Assembly: GCA_964619725.1 (NCBI GenBank)
Contig: CAZUFC010000157.1
Coordinates: 1-17,523 of the forward strand
DNA length: 17,523 nt
Source of the DNA: an uncultured bacterium
GTDB taxonomy: Bacteria > CSSED10-310 > CAZUFC01
Reading direction: 5' to 3'
The notes under the pieces are model-generated. The model had not been told where the DNA came from and ran no database searches. It was given only the letters and a program-made list of their open reading frames with translations. A program made the position numbers and the translations under genes. This document shows, one piece after another, positions 8,451 through 17,523 of the stretch. Numbering within the stretch: the first letter of the stretch is position 1; every line of letters starts with the position of its first letter.

Positions 8451-8653
8451 TTTTCCAAAGATACTTTTTGGATACCTACGAATTCATTAGTTATTGGTTC
8501 CTCAACTTCCAGACAGAGTGCAATCGCTTCTTTAATCCTCTGCATCAATTTATCAAGAGACTTTGCCTGCGTATGGCACCCTCTGAGCGCTGGAACGGAA
8601 GCAACGAAATAACCGTCTTGATCCCTTTCAATTATTACGCTGAATTCTTTCAT
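8447..8653 (-). CDS. hicB: HicB-family antitoxin (short form, no DNA-binding domain)
   Basis: 68 aa, FSVIIERDQDGYFVASVPALRGCHTQAKSLDKLMQRIKEAI = HicB N-terminal domain. Lies immediately upstream of hicA. Confidence 0.9.
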   Translation of the reverse strand: MKEFSVIIERDQDGYFVASVPALRGCHTQAKSLDKLMQRIKEAIALCLEVEEPITNEFVGIQKVSLEK

Positions 8654-8899
8654 TGTTTTGAATTTCCCTTTAGATTATTTTATTTCATCCCACTTATTTA
8701 TTGGCGGTCAAAGCGATCTATGGCGAATAACCTCCTGAAGAAAATTAATTCAAACGAGATGATGAGCAGACAACCCTTGGATTTCAGACCAGCAGTTACT
8801 ACTCGCAAATTCAAATGCTATAAAATTTCAAGACTAATATCAACTATGGAAATCACCCATTCACCAATTTTTGTCTTTAAAATTTGGCGAAAAAGACGG

Positions 8900-11800
8900 C
8901 TACTGCACCTCCACCATGAAGCTCTGCGAATGGCTGCTGAATTCCGGTGCGTACATGCATTGAATGTTTGCCGTTCCTGTCTGGTATTTTCCTCTGTGCT
9001 GGACTCTCAGGTCATATTCGAAAACGTATGTGCCGCGGGCCAGATAATCTATGAAAAAGTGTGTAGCGGTATCTTTCGTGGATTGATAATAATAGAGGCC
9101 GTCCTGATAGCGGTATTCCGACAGGACGTCAACCGGTTCCATGCCGCTGCCGCGCATATCTTTCATGTGGACGTATTCCAGGTCCCTGTCCGTCCTCAGT
9201 TCTATTCTTACCGTCACGAGATCGCCGGGTTTCAGTATATCGTTTTCCCTGACCGGTTTTATTACCTCTCCTTTTTTCGTGGTTTCGGCAACGAACAGAC
9301 TTTTTTCCAGGGATAAACCCGTCTGATGAGGCGTTATTTTGCTCATGTCCTCCAGGTAACTCCAGTGAACGCCTCCCCAGGCTACGCCCTTGTCTTGTTT
9401 TATTACTTCTATATCGCTGAAATGTTGTTTAATTTCATTGCCCTGGTATCTTTTTTCGTAGAATCCTGTTCCTGCTTCTATATTTTCCGGTTTTATCGTT
9501 TCGTCGCCTAATTTGACTTCAACGATTCTGTCAGAAGCCAGCAGGTCAGTTCCTTTTAATAAAAGAGCATAAACAGCGTCGGCGGTGGCTTTGGTTGTTT
9601 TCCAGGATTGCGTCTGTTTCTGTTTCAACAGCCATACTTTGCAGTCTTCAACGGCCTTCTGATCGTCTGCAACCTCATCGAAAACTTCTATCATGACCGC
9701 CTGGGTTTCGATGGGGGCTTTATACCAATACCAGAAACGGTCGTATTCCCGCCAGTACATGCCCATTTCTTCATCGTAGAGGCTGCGCTCTTTCAAGGAG
9801 CTTACGATTTTCTTCGGCGTTTCGTTGTCTTTTTCGAGACGCTGGAGTCCCAGAGCGACGTGTCCCTGCGACATGCGGGAATCGAGTTTCAACCAGTATT
9901 CTCCTGCTTGTCCTATAAAATAATCCAGCGCTTCCCTGTATTTTGGGGGGATTGGTTTTTCATTCAGGAAGAAGCTTCTGCCGTACAGATACATGACGAC
10001 CCAGTGAGAGAGATGATTATTTTCAGGATTCAATTTTTCCCGGATATAACGATACTTTTCGTCGATTTCCTTATCGATGTATTCCAGGGCTTTTACTGCC
10101 GGAGCGATGTCCGCATCGACGCCCAGATGCCTTAACCGGCCGAATCCCGTAACGATATAGAGCGTTATATAGCTGTTGGCCCTGCCTCCCGGGAACCAGG
10201 GCCAGGAACCGTCCGAATGCTGCATATCGCGCAGCTTGTCCATGGCCTTTGCCATCGAGGCATTCAACGTATTCCGGTCGAACAGCAACGCTACTTTTCT
10301 CATAGCCTGGGTTTCGTTTTCGGCATCAAGCAGCCAGGGCGTTTCTCTCAACAGGACGTTTTTGAGCTCTTCGTTTTTTTCCAGGTTCGACTGCAATGAA
10401 CCGTCTTCGCGCCGCTGATCGAAAACTCTCTTGATTTTAGGGTCCGAATTGACGATGTGTGCTGCCAGAGAATCGGCGTAAATGCGGTTGAAAACCTGCT
10501 CGGAACACTCGTGCGGAAATTCCATCAGATAGGGCAACGCCTGTACCGCATACCAGGCGGGATTCGAGGCCATCTGCACCGTGTATGAAAGATGTTCCAA
10601 CGTCTCAGAGTCAAAGGAATCCTTCAGTTTTTCAAATTCAAATTCCTCCTTTCCCGGACCTCTTATATGCAGGGGAATCGATTCTTTGACCTCTATCCTG
10701 CGACTCAGCACAGGCAACATCTTCTCTTCTCCGTCGGAAAAGTCCCCGCTGGAAGCTACAGCCCTGTAGAGAACGACTCCTGTCCAATCCGGGACCTCAA
10801 GCCGCCAGGAAAAAGCCCTGGATTCGCCTGCAGGAGCAGCAAAGGATTTCACATTGTCGTCATTGCCGAATTCTTCATCAATATTTTCCATATTGCGTGC
10901 ATCGGCCAATGAGAGCCTGACGGAACCCTTCATATCTTTATCCGAGGTATTCACGATTTTTACGGCGAATTCCAGGATATCTCCTTCACGAAGGAACCGG
11001 GGCGGATTAGGCTGTACCATTAATTTTTTCCTGGTGACGGTATGCTCTTCTATAATGCCGGATTCGAGACCGGTGGAATGAGCCAGTCCCAGGAATTTCC
11101 ACTGGGTCAGCGCTTCCGGCATTTTGAATTTAATGGTTATTTCGCCTGATTCGTCGGTTAACAGGTGAGGATAAAAGAATGCGGTTTCATTTAAGTTTCT
11201 GCGAATGGAAACCTGTTCCAGGTCGATACCGGGTTCGGCGGCTGCTTCTTCGTCATCCGGCGGAGCTTCTTCCATGGGAGCGGCGGCATCAGCTTTTGAT
11301 TTAAATGCCATGGTCTCCGCCGCCTGGGGAGGAGGAGCGCCTAGTCTTTTGCCGGCGCCTCGCGGCGCAGCGGCCGAAATTCCCATATTGCCGTCCGATA
11401 ACATTTCATTGTAGAGAGTTCCGCGGTGATAATATCCGAAGGCAGAAACAATATGATCGGCGAAACGCCAATAGGAAGGCGACGTGAATGACCGGTATCG
11501 CGGCAAATCATAAATGACATAATTCAAAGTAACGGCCTGATTCACATAATTCGAGCGTAATGCCTGCTGATGACGGCGCAGATGACCGCTTAACGAGGAG
11601 ACGGAATGAGGATAAAAAGCATCCAGCGATTCATCGTATAAGGTTGCCGCCAGTTCAGCCGCTTTAATTTGCGCATTTTTTCCCTTAATCGTCAAGGCCC
11701 ATTCTTCTTCCTGCCCCGGCAGCAATTCCGAACGAAACGTCGAGAAGCTCAATTCCAGCTCTTTATTCGACCAGGGAACGGTGATGTAATGCGACTCCAG

Positions 11801-14800
11801 GTAAGCCCTGTTTTCTCTCACGAACGTAACGTGAACCGAGCATCCTCCTCTCAGCGACTCATCTATCGGATAAGTGAAAATAAACTGGGTTCTATCCGGT
11901 TCGGTCCAGAAGCTTTCCAGTATGTTGCCGTCCTGTTCGACTTCGATATAGGCGCGTCCCGAATCATAACCCGTGGCCCATATCATCTTCAGATCATTAC
12001 CGGGTTCAATGGTGTTTTCCCGGCAAACACTGTAAAAAGGCGCATTAACGGGAAAATGGTCCGATTGGGGAGCGAATACTATGACCGGCAGTTTGGCTTC
12101 GACCGTTTTTCCGAACCGGTCTTCTGATTTAGCCTGTATCAGGTAAGCGCCGGCCGGCAATGCGAAATCCAGTTGTAAGGGTTTTCCAGCATCCGTTCGG
12201 AAATTCTTCTGCCTAATCAAATCACCTTTGGACCATAACCGGTAATCAGCAAGATTCTGATTTAATTTTTCCGGACCGCGGGTATTGCTGAACAGATTCG
12301 CACACACGGGAGCGTCGGGTTGCTGCAGTTCATAAACGGTGACGGTTCCTTCTGCCCGGACGCCTGGTCCGGCAAGACTTTCCGCAGAGAGATCGACATT
12401 AAAGGGGATATCCTCAAGAAGCCATTCTGAGTCCGTCTTCAATGTCAGTTTCATAGCCGTGTACCCTATTGAAACCGAAAGGGTATCGGATCGCGTTTCC
12501 CCCGTGATGTCAGTGCAATCCGCGGATATTTTATAATTAAAAACCGGATCGTCGCTTTCCGGTATGCGCGGGTCGGGTTTAGCTTTAAAAGTGATTGTGA
12601 ATGAACCGTTTTTGTCAGTCTTCACGCGTCCGTGAGCAATTTCCTGCGCCTGCGACAACTGATCGATATTCCAGGCATACCAGCGCATCCAGAAGGGAAA
12701 CCGGGCTTGACGCGTCACCCTGTAGTTCACTGAAGCGCTGTCTACAGGGGCCCCGGTGTAGGAAACAGCTTTTCCCTTGATGCTGACTTTCTCGCCTAAT
12801 CTTATCGCTTCTTCCGGCGTCTGGAGTTCCACTCTGAACTTGGGGCGTTTGTATTCTTCAACCCTGACTGCAGCGCTTCCGGACGGATTATCTGAAGATA
12901 TCGTCATTTGCCCCGTCACGCTTCCTGAGGGAGCGACGAATACGCCGCTGAAACTTCCGAATTCATTCGTTTCAAAAGATTGGGATTCTATTTCCTGGCG
13001 GTTGCGGTCCCGGAAATAGACCGTAATTTTCCGTCCGGCCAGCGTTTTGTAACGGTCTTGTGCTTTATCGACCATAAAAGCGATACCCTTGAAATGCACC
13101 ATCTGGCCGGGCCTGTAAAGCGAACGGTCGGTAAAAAAATAGACCTTTTCGTATTCCCGAAGCGTTCGTTCATATGCCGGATATAACGGTCCTTCGGCAA
13201 GCTCGCTCTTCCCTTTAACAACCTGTATGACGCAATCGCGTCTTCTGCCGACCACATCATACGTGAACATGCCTTCCGCATTGCTTGTTAAATCATCAGT
13301 TTTCTCGAAAACGCCGTCATTTCTACGGGAATAAACGTTTATCGTAACCTCTTTAACCGGTTCGCCGCTGAAGTTGTCCGTTACTATTCCCTCAATGCGT
13401 TTATGACGTTTGCGGATGACCAGGCCCAAATCAGTCACGAAGAATGTCCCTGACTCAACCACGTTCGCTTTATCACCGAAGCCGGACTTTATGCTTCCGA
13501 AAATCCGGTAAAAACCGTGATCCAAATCCGGCAATTCCGCGATAGTCGCTGCAAGCTGGTAATCCTCCGCAGGTTTCAGAATCTCTTTCCATTCAAACAG
13601 CGGCTTTTTCTTCAGGAGCTTCTTCATTTCCTCCTCGTTGGAGGTAAAAATGCCGCCCCATTTGTTTTTCAAACCCTCTTTCCAATCCTGACGATACAAC
13701 CGGAAATATACCGTCTCGATATTCCTGTACTCGATCTTGATCCTTCCCGGAATTCCAGGCATAACCGTTTTCTCGGCATGCAACCGCAGCTCTTCGGCTT
13801 CAATCTGTTCGATCAGCGCCTTGCAGTTGTTGCCCCCAACCGACTCCGGATGCAACAGAACGCCCTTGTCCGCATATTGATGCGCCTTGACGTAATCATC
13901 GTTTGAATAATATGTCTGAGCTATCTGATAATAAGCCCTGCTCGCCGGGGATACGCCCGGATGCCGCTCGGCCAGACGTTCTAATCTTTCTATTAAACGC
14001 TCATCCAGGTCCTGTCCGTAAGCCTCCTTCCTTACAAACAGTAGTCTTTGTATATCATCGTCGACCATTGCCGGTATGTTTTCCGTCGACAGATTGTATT
14101 GAAGAAGCTCCTGGAACAGAATTAATGCCTTATAAACAGGCGAATCCGTATTGCTCGTTTCAGGGCTGTATTCCAAAAATTCCTCAAGGTTCCCGAATGC
14201 CGCGGAATCGCCGTCAATGATGAAAGCATCCTCCGGCAGAGCGACGGATTGATCGTCAAGACGGTAAAATTCTATGGCCTGGTGAAGCGCAAAATTATAA
14301 AGCGACGGCCGCAGTTCCCGCGCTTTGTCGCCGTCCGTCAACACGCCATCCAGCGATTCATTGGATATGCTCTTTAAAATATCTTTTCTTTCCAATACGG
14401 ATTGGTATATCTCATCAATCCTTTCGAATAACTTCGGCAGATCCCACGTCGTGAAATCATCATCCGTCAGTCCCTGCGTCTGAGTGCGCTGAACGAACCG
14501 GTAGCGATTCTGATGATAATATTCAGTAAACCATAACGCTTCAATTAATTGAAAAACCGCCTTGTGCTCCGGTTTCGCATCGCTCATTATTTCCTGGAGC
14601 TTCCGTATTTTTATTTCCGGATTCCCTCCTTCGACGTCGCTCTCAATTTTTATCCGTAACGTCGCGGCCTTGAGGTATTCCGCATCATTATTCTTTTTAA
14701 ACGCTTCGGTTTCTATTTCTTTTAGAAGCGATACGGCAGTTTTTGGCAATCCGTCCCGGCGGGCCTTCTCGACTTTATCCCACATTCCTGCGCTCGCCTT

Positions 14801-14866
14801 TCCATTTAAAATCAAAGCCATGCAGGCGATGATCATAATTGATAAAATAGGATGATTTCTTTTCAT
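8900..14866 (-). CDS. Bacterial alpha-2-macroglobulin family protein (MG2 domain, bait region, thioester domain)
   Basis: 1988 aa. Signal peptide ending ASA, TPR-like helices (RAYYQIAQTYYSNDDYVKA), MG2 FFTDRSLYRPGQ, VEEYKRPKF, IRRNLNETAFFYP, FKMPEALTQW, PPRFLREGD, thioester PHECSEQ (CSEQ at 10496-10507), QHSDGSWPWF, C-terminal CMYAPEF. AAGGGAGG RBS. Confidence 0.93.
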   Translation of the reverse strand: MKRNHPILSIMIIACMALILNGKASAGMWDKVEKARRDGLPKTAVSLLKEIETEAFKKNNDAEYLKAATLRIKIESDVEGGNPEIKIRKLQEIMSDAKPEHKAVFQLIEALWFTEYYHQNRYRFVQRTQTQGLTDDDFTTWDLPKLFERIDEIYQSVLERKDILKSISNESLDGVLTDGDKARELRPSLYNFALHQAIEFYRLDDQSVALPEDAFIIDGDSAAFGNLEEFLEYSPETSNTDSPVYKALILFQELLQYNLSTENIPAMVDDDIQRLLFVRKEAYGQDLDERLIERLERLAERHPGVSPASRAYYQIAQTYYSNDDYVKAHQYADKGVLLHPESVGGNNCKALIEQIEAEELRLHAEKTVMPGIPGRIKIEYRNIETVYFRLYRQDWKEGLKNKWGGIFTSNEEEMKKLLKKKPLFEWKEILKPAEDYQLAATIAELPDLDHGFYRIFGSIKSGFGDKANVVESGTFFVTDLGLVIRKRHKRIEGIVTDNFSGEPVKEVTINVYSRRNDGVFEKTDDLTSNAEGMFTYDVVGRRRDCVIQVVKGKSELAEGPLYPAYERTLREYEKVYFFTDRSLYRPGQMVHFKGIAFMVDKAQDRYKTLAGRKITVYFRDRNRQEIESQSFETNEFGSFSGVFVAPSGSVTGQMTISSDNPSGSAAVRVEEYKRPKFRVELQTPEEAIRLGEKVSIKGKAVSYTGAPVDSASVNYRVTRQARFPFWMRWYAWNIDQLSQAQEIAHGRVKTDKNGSFTITFKAKPDPRIPESDDPVFNYKISADCTDITGETRSDTLSVSIGYTAMKLTLKTDSEWLLEDIPFNVDLSAESLAGPGVRAEGTVTVYELQQPDAPVCANLFSNTRGPEKLNQNLADYRLWSKGDLIRQKNFRTDAGKPLQLDFALPAGAYLIQAKSEDRFGKTVEAKLPVIVFAPQSDHFPVNAPFYSVCRENTIEPGNDLKMIWATGYDSGRAYIEVEQDGNILESFWTEPDRTQFIFTYPIDESLRGGCSVHVTFVRENRAYLESHYITVPWSNKELELSFSTFRSELLPGQEEEWALTIKGKNAQIKAAELAATLYDESLDAFYPHSVSSLSGHLRRHQQALRSNYVNQAVTLNYVIYDLPRYRSFTSPSYWRFADHIVSAFGYYHRGTLYNEMLSDGNMGISAAAPRGAGKRLGAPPPQAAETMAFKSKADAAAPMEEAPPDDEEAAAEPGIDLEQVSIRRNLNETAFFYPHLLTDESGEITIKFKMPEALTQWKFLGLAHSTGLESGIIEEHTVTRKKLMVQPNPPRFLREGDILEFAVKIVNTSDKDMKGSVRLSLADARNMENIDEEFGNDDNVKSFAAPAGESRAFSWRLEVPDWTGVVLYRAVASSGDFSDGEEKMLPVLSRRIEVKESIPLHIRGPGKEEFEFEKLKDSFDSETLEHLSYTVQMASNPAWYAVQALPYLMEFPHECSEQVFNRIYADSLAAHIVNSDPKIKRVFDQRREDGSLQSNLEKNEELKNVLLRETPWLLDAENETQAMRKVALLFDRNTLNASMAKAMDKLRDMQHSDGSWPWFPGGRANSYITLYIVTGFGRLRHLGVDADIAPAVKALEYIDKEIDEKYRYIREKLNPENNHLSHWVVMYLYGRSFFLNEKPIPPKYREALDYFIGQAGEYWLKLDSRMSQGHVALGLQRLEKDNETPKKIVSSLKERSLYDEEMGMYWREYDRFWYWYKAPIETQAVMIEVFDEVADDQKAVEDCKVWLLKQKQTQSWKTTKATADAVYALLLKGTDLLASDRIVEVKLGDETIKPENIEAGTGFYEKRYQGNEIKQHFSDIEVIKQDKGVAWGGVHWSYLEDMSKITPHQTGLSLEKSLFVAETTKKGEVIKPVRENDILKPGDLVTVRIELRTDRDLEYVHMKDMRGSGMEPVDVLSEYRYQDGLYYYQSTKDTATHFFIDYLARGTYVFEYDLRVQHRGKYQTGTANIQCMYAPEFSSHSQSFMVEVQ

Positions 14867-15043
14867 GAATCCTCCCTTGGTGGAGAGAAAGGGGTTTTCC
14901 GTTTTTCGTCAAAACGATTTGCGGCATGTTTTATCCCTTCATTGACGATCATTTATTGGTTCCGCCGAACCTTATGCCGGCATCTTTTTTATTATTATAT
15001 AAAAATTGATTTTTTGAAAAGGTTTTGCTTTTTATGGGTTTTT

Positions 15044-15131
15044 AAAGGGTGAAAGGGTGAAAGGGTGAAAGGGACAAAGGGACAAAGGGACCTAAGGGAC
15101 CTAAGGGACCTAAGGGACGGAAGGGACGGGG
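15044..15131 (+). repeat. Graded short tandem repeat (8-9 bp units, core AAGGG)
   Basis: (AAAGGGTG)3 (AAAGGGAC)2 AAAGGGACC (TAAGGGACC)2 TAAGGGACG GAAGGGACG GGG. Confidence 0.95.
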
Positions 15132-15288
15132 AGTTTGTCCTGATCTGTTTTTTTTTGCGCTTTCGTTGGACTTGTCATCTTGGTGGAGCATCATCGACTT
15201 CACACTTCCAAGGCAATGATGAACCGTTTATTTGTCGTTTAGACGGGAACGCCTTCCAGGCGTTTATTACACTTATAACGGCATGAAA

Positions 15289-15330
15289 GTCCCTTATGTC
15301 CTTTATGTCTCTTTGGTCCCTTTTCCTTTT
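15289..15330 (-). repeat. Inverted, degenerate partner of the AAGGGAC tandem repeat
   Basis: GTCCCTTAT GTCCTTTAT GTCTCTTTG GTCCCTTTT on + is the reverse complement of four AAGGGAC-like 9-mers. Confidence 0.8.
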
Positions 15331-15450
15331 TCTTGACCTTTACTGCTCACCTTCTGAACATGCGTCGTTTGAAAAGTTACCCGGCATGCCAGAGCGGACA
15401 GGCGCCAGATTTGCGTGTACGGACCGGACAAAAAAGTTACTTTGGAGAAT

Positions 15451-15480
15451 TTGCTTTTTTTCGGTCGTCTTGACTATAAT
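15451..15480 (+). promoter_or_regulatory. Putative sigma70 promoter facing the collagen-like gene
   Basis: TTGCTT (15451-15456)-N18-TATAAT (15475-15480). Confidence 0.4.
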
Positions 15481-15679
15481 ATTATTGATCGACGTTTAAC
15501 AGTTACGCGATTGAAGAGTACCTTGTATTATGAATTAAAACAATTATTGAGGAGGGATTTAGAGTTGCGAGGCCCATAAATTTTTTTCAGTAAAATCATG
15601 GCGTCCGTTAAGCGTTTTTCGACAGACGCATTCAACGGACGAAACACACAGTAGAACATTCGCCGCAAAAATATAATTA

Positions 15680-15878
15680 GTTTTTGTCCATAAACGGCGA
15701 ATTTTCCCCAAACTGCGTCAGGCTGCGGCTCTACTCAATCATCGTATAATAAATACCCCTACCTCGCAAATCCTTGCCTTCCTTGCCTTAAGATAAATTC
15801 GTCCGTTTATGGATCAAAAACCCAAGTGGCTGTCCAGCATTAAATTTTGAATCGAGTTTCGAGTTTATGGACAGGCAC
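15680..15878. mobile_element. MITE-like non-autonomous repeat, copy 2 (inverted relative to copy 1)
   Basis: Ends GTTTTTGTCCATAAAC ... GTTTATGGACAGGCAC. Flanked on both sides by TAATTA (15674-15679 and 15879-15884), a candidate target-site duplication. Homologous to 2-201. Confidence 0.8.
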
Positions 15879-15992
15879 TAATTATGTAAAAAAACGGGAA
15901 ATGATCATCAGCGGACGGGAATTTTTTTATTTCGTTAAGGAAAAATAGAAGTGCGGGAACCAAAAAGTGAAGGTTTTCAGGGAAAGGAGAAA

Positions 15993-17523
15993 GTGAGATT
16001 GAAAGCAAAGTATGGAGTAATAGCGTTTTTGACGGCAGTCATAGCGACGGGAGGCTGGGCTGCGATACCTTATGAAATTAATTATCAGGGGCATTTAACG
16101 GACGTTTACGGAGTTCCCCTGGAAGGAACTTACGGTTTTACGTTCACCGTATACGACCAGGAAACGCTCGGAATGCCGTTATGGACAGAGACCCATAATT
16201 CGGTACATGTTTCAGGAGGTTTATTCAACGTAATTCTGGGGGAGTCGATCCCGATAGACCCTTCAGTCGTCGATTTCAATGGAGATTTCTGGCTGGAAAT
16301 CGCGGTGGAAGGCGAAACGATGGTCCCCAGGCTGCCTTTGACGAGTGTGGGCCAGGCCTACAGATCAGAAAACGCAGAGGATGTATTTGATCAGGAAATA
16401 CACCCCAGGAGCGTGACCATAACGGGTTACGGTCAGGTCATAGATGCCGGGGGACAATGGGTCGGCGATCCGACAGGATTGACCGGTCCGACCGGTCCCG
16501 AAGGCGCTCAAGGAGCCACCGGGGTGCAGGGACCGACGGGAGATACAGGCATTCAAGGCTTGACCGGCGCCACCGGACTACAGGGGCCGATGGGTGATAC
16601 GGGTGTGCAAGGACCTATGGGCTACACAGGACTCCAGGGTCCGACAGGCGATACGGGCGTTCAAGGTCCAATGGGCGATACAGGACTCCAGGGTCCGACA
16701 GGCGATACGGGCATTCAAGGGCCGATAGGCGATACTGGCGTTCAAGGACCAATGGGCGACACAGGGCTACAAGGTCCAATAGGCGATACGGGTATGCAAG
16801 GACCGATGGGCGACACAGGCATTCAAGGTCCGATAGGCGATACTGGCGTTCAAGGACCGATGGGCGATACAGGGCTACAAGGTCCAATAGGCGATACGGG
16901 TATGCAAGGACCGATGGGCGACACAGGACCACAGGGTCCGCAGGGTGAACAGGGCATTCAAGGACCGACAGGACCGACGGGACCGCAGGGACCTCAAGGC
17001 GACCAGGGCATTCAGGGGCCGACTGGACCGACGGGGCCGCAGGGACCTCAAGGCGACCAGGGCATTCAGGGGCCGACTGGACCGACGGGACCGCAGGGGC
17101 CTCAAGGCGACCAGGGCGTTCAGGGACCGGTTGGTCCGACGGGACCGCAGGGACCTCAAGGCGAACAGGGCGTTCAGGGACCGACGGGAGCGACGGGGCC
17201 GCAGGGACCTCAAGGCGACCAAGGCATTCAGGGACCGATTGGCCCGACGGGGCCGCAGGGACCTCAAGGCGAACAGGGCATTCAGGGGCCGGTTGGTCCG
17301 ACGGGACCGCAGGGGCCTCAAGGCGACCAGGGCGTTCAGGGGCCGGTTGGTCCGACGGGACCGCAGGGGCCTCAAGGCGACCAGGGCGCTCAGGGACCGG
17401 TTGGTCCGACGGGACCGCAGGGACCTCAAGGCGAACAGGGCGTTCAGGGACCGACAGGACCGACGGGGCCGCAGGGACCTCAAGGCGAACAGGGCGTTCA
17501 GGGACCGACGGGAGCGACGGGGC
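15993..17523 (+). CDS. Secreted collagen-like (Gly-X-Y) fibre/surface protein, 3'-truncated by window end
   Basis: Not in the ORF track (no stop in window). AAGGAG at 15984-15989 with GTG 15993 or TTG 15999 as start. Translates [45 protein letters not shown]...GLFNVILG...[24 protein letters not shown]...GQWVGDPT, then Gly-X-Y from 16476 to the end. Confidence 0.93.
   Translation, partial: MRLKAKYGVIAFLTAVIATGGWAAIPYEINYQGHLTDVYGVPLEGTYGFTFTVYDQETLGMPLWTETHNSVHVSGGLFNVILGESIPIDPSVVDFNGDFWLEIAVEGETMVPRLPLTSVGQAYRSENAEDVFDQEIHPRSVTITGYGQVIDAGGQWVGDPTGLTGPTGPEGAQGATGVQGPTGDTGIQGLTGATGLQGPMGDTGVQGPMGYTGLQGPTGDTGVQGPMGDTGLQGPTGDTGIQGPIGDTGVQGPMGDTGLQGPIGDTGMQGPMGDTGIQGPIGDTGVQGPMGDTGLQGPIGDTGMQGPMGDTGPQGPQGEQGIQGPTGPTGPQGPQGDQGIQGPTGPTGPQGPQGDQGIQGPTGPTGPQGPQGDQGVQGPVGPTGPQGPQGEQGVQGPTGATGPQGPQGDQGIQGPIGPTGPQGPQGEQGIQGPVGPTGPQGPQGDQGVQGPVGPTGPQGPQGDQGAQGPVGPTGPQGPQGEQGVQGPTGPTGPQGPQGEQGVQGPTGATG
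16476..17523 (+). repeat. Coding tandem repeats of the collagen domain (27-bp then 54-bp units)
   Basis: About 116 Gly-X-Y triplets. GP(M/I/T)GDTG(L/V/I/M)Q 9-aa units up to ~16925, then GPQGPQG(D/E)QG(I/V)QGP(T/V)GPT 18-aa units from 16926. Confidence 0.93.

Noticed and set aside
8432..9316. 294-aa plus-strand ORF and the other short ORFs overlapping res, mod and A2M
   Set aside because: Antisense or out-of-frame to well-supported genes, with no motifs.
15394..15406. 13-bp match GCGGACAGGCGCC shared with 7848-7860
   Set aside because: Too short and lacks the complementary arm at this site; chance or a decayed REP.
15065..15499. Small plus-strand ORFs 15065-15286 and 15296-15499
   Set aside because: They begin inside the tandem repeats (RDLRDL, MSFMSL) and have no supporting homology features.
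16615..17483. Minus-strand repetitive ORFs (105 aa and 202 aa)
   Set aside because: Antisense shadows of the collagen repeats.
1..17523. Integron, DGR/retron, prophage, tRNA or rRNA
   Set aside because: No integrase, reverse transcriptase, attC-like sites, phage structural cluster or RNA-gene signatures were recognised.

Overview
Bacterial accessory/defence region. The - strand carries a ~2000-aa alpha-2-macroglobulin with an intact CSEQ thioester motif, a hicB-hicA toxin-antitoxin pair, and a Type III restriction-modification operon (mod, res). An MNT-HepT (nucleotidyltransferase + HEPN RNase) pair sits between mod and res and is translationally coupled to mod. The catalytic/target-recognition core of mod is a sharply AT-rich segment that looks swapped in. 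The + strand carries a truncated UPF0175-type gene and a secreted collagen-like fibre protein that is missing from the ORF track because it runs off the window end. Non-coding DNA is highly structured. Two inverted copies of a ~200-bp MITE-like element (2-201 and 15680-15878) bracket the whole minus-strand block. A regularly spaced palindromic repeat array lies just upstream of mod, and a graded GGG-tract tandem array has a distant inverted partner. All family assignments come from motif recognition by eye; no database searches were run.
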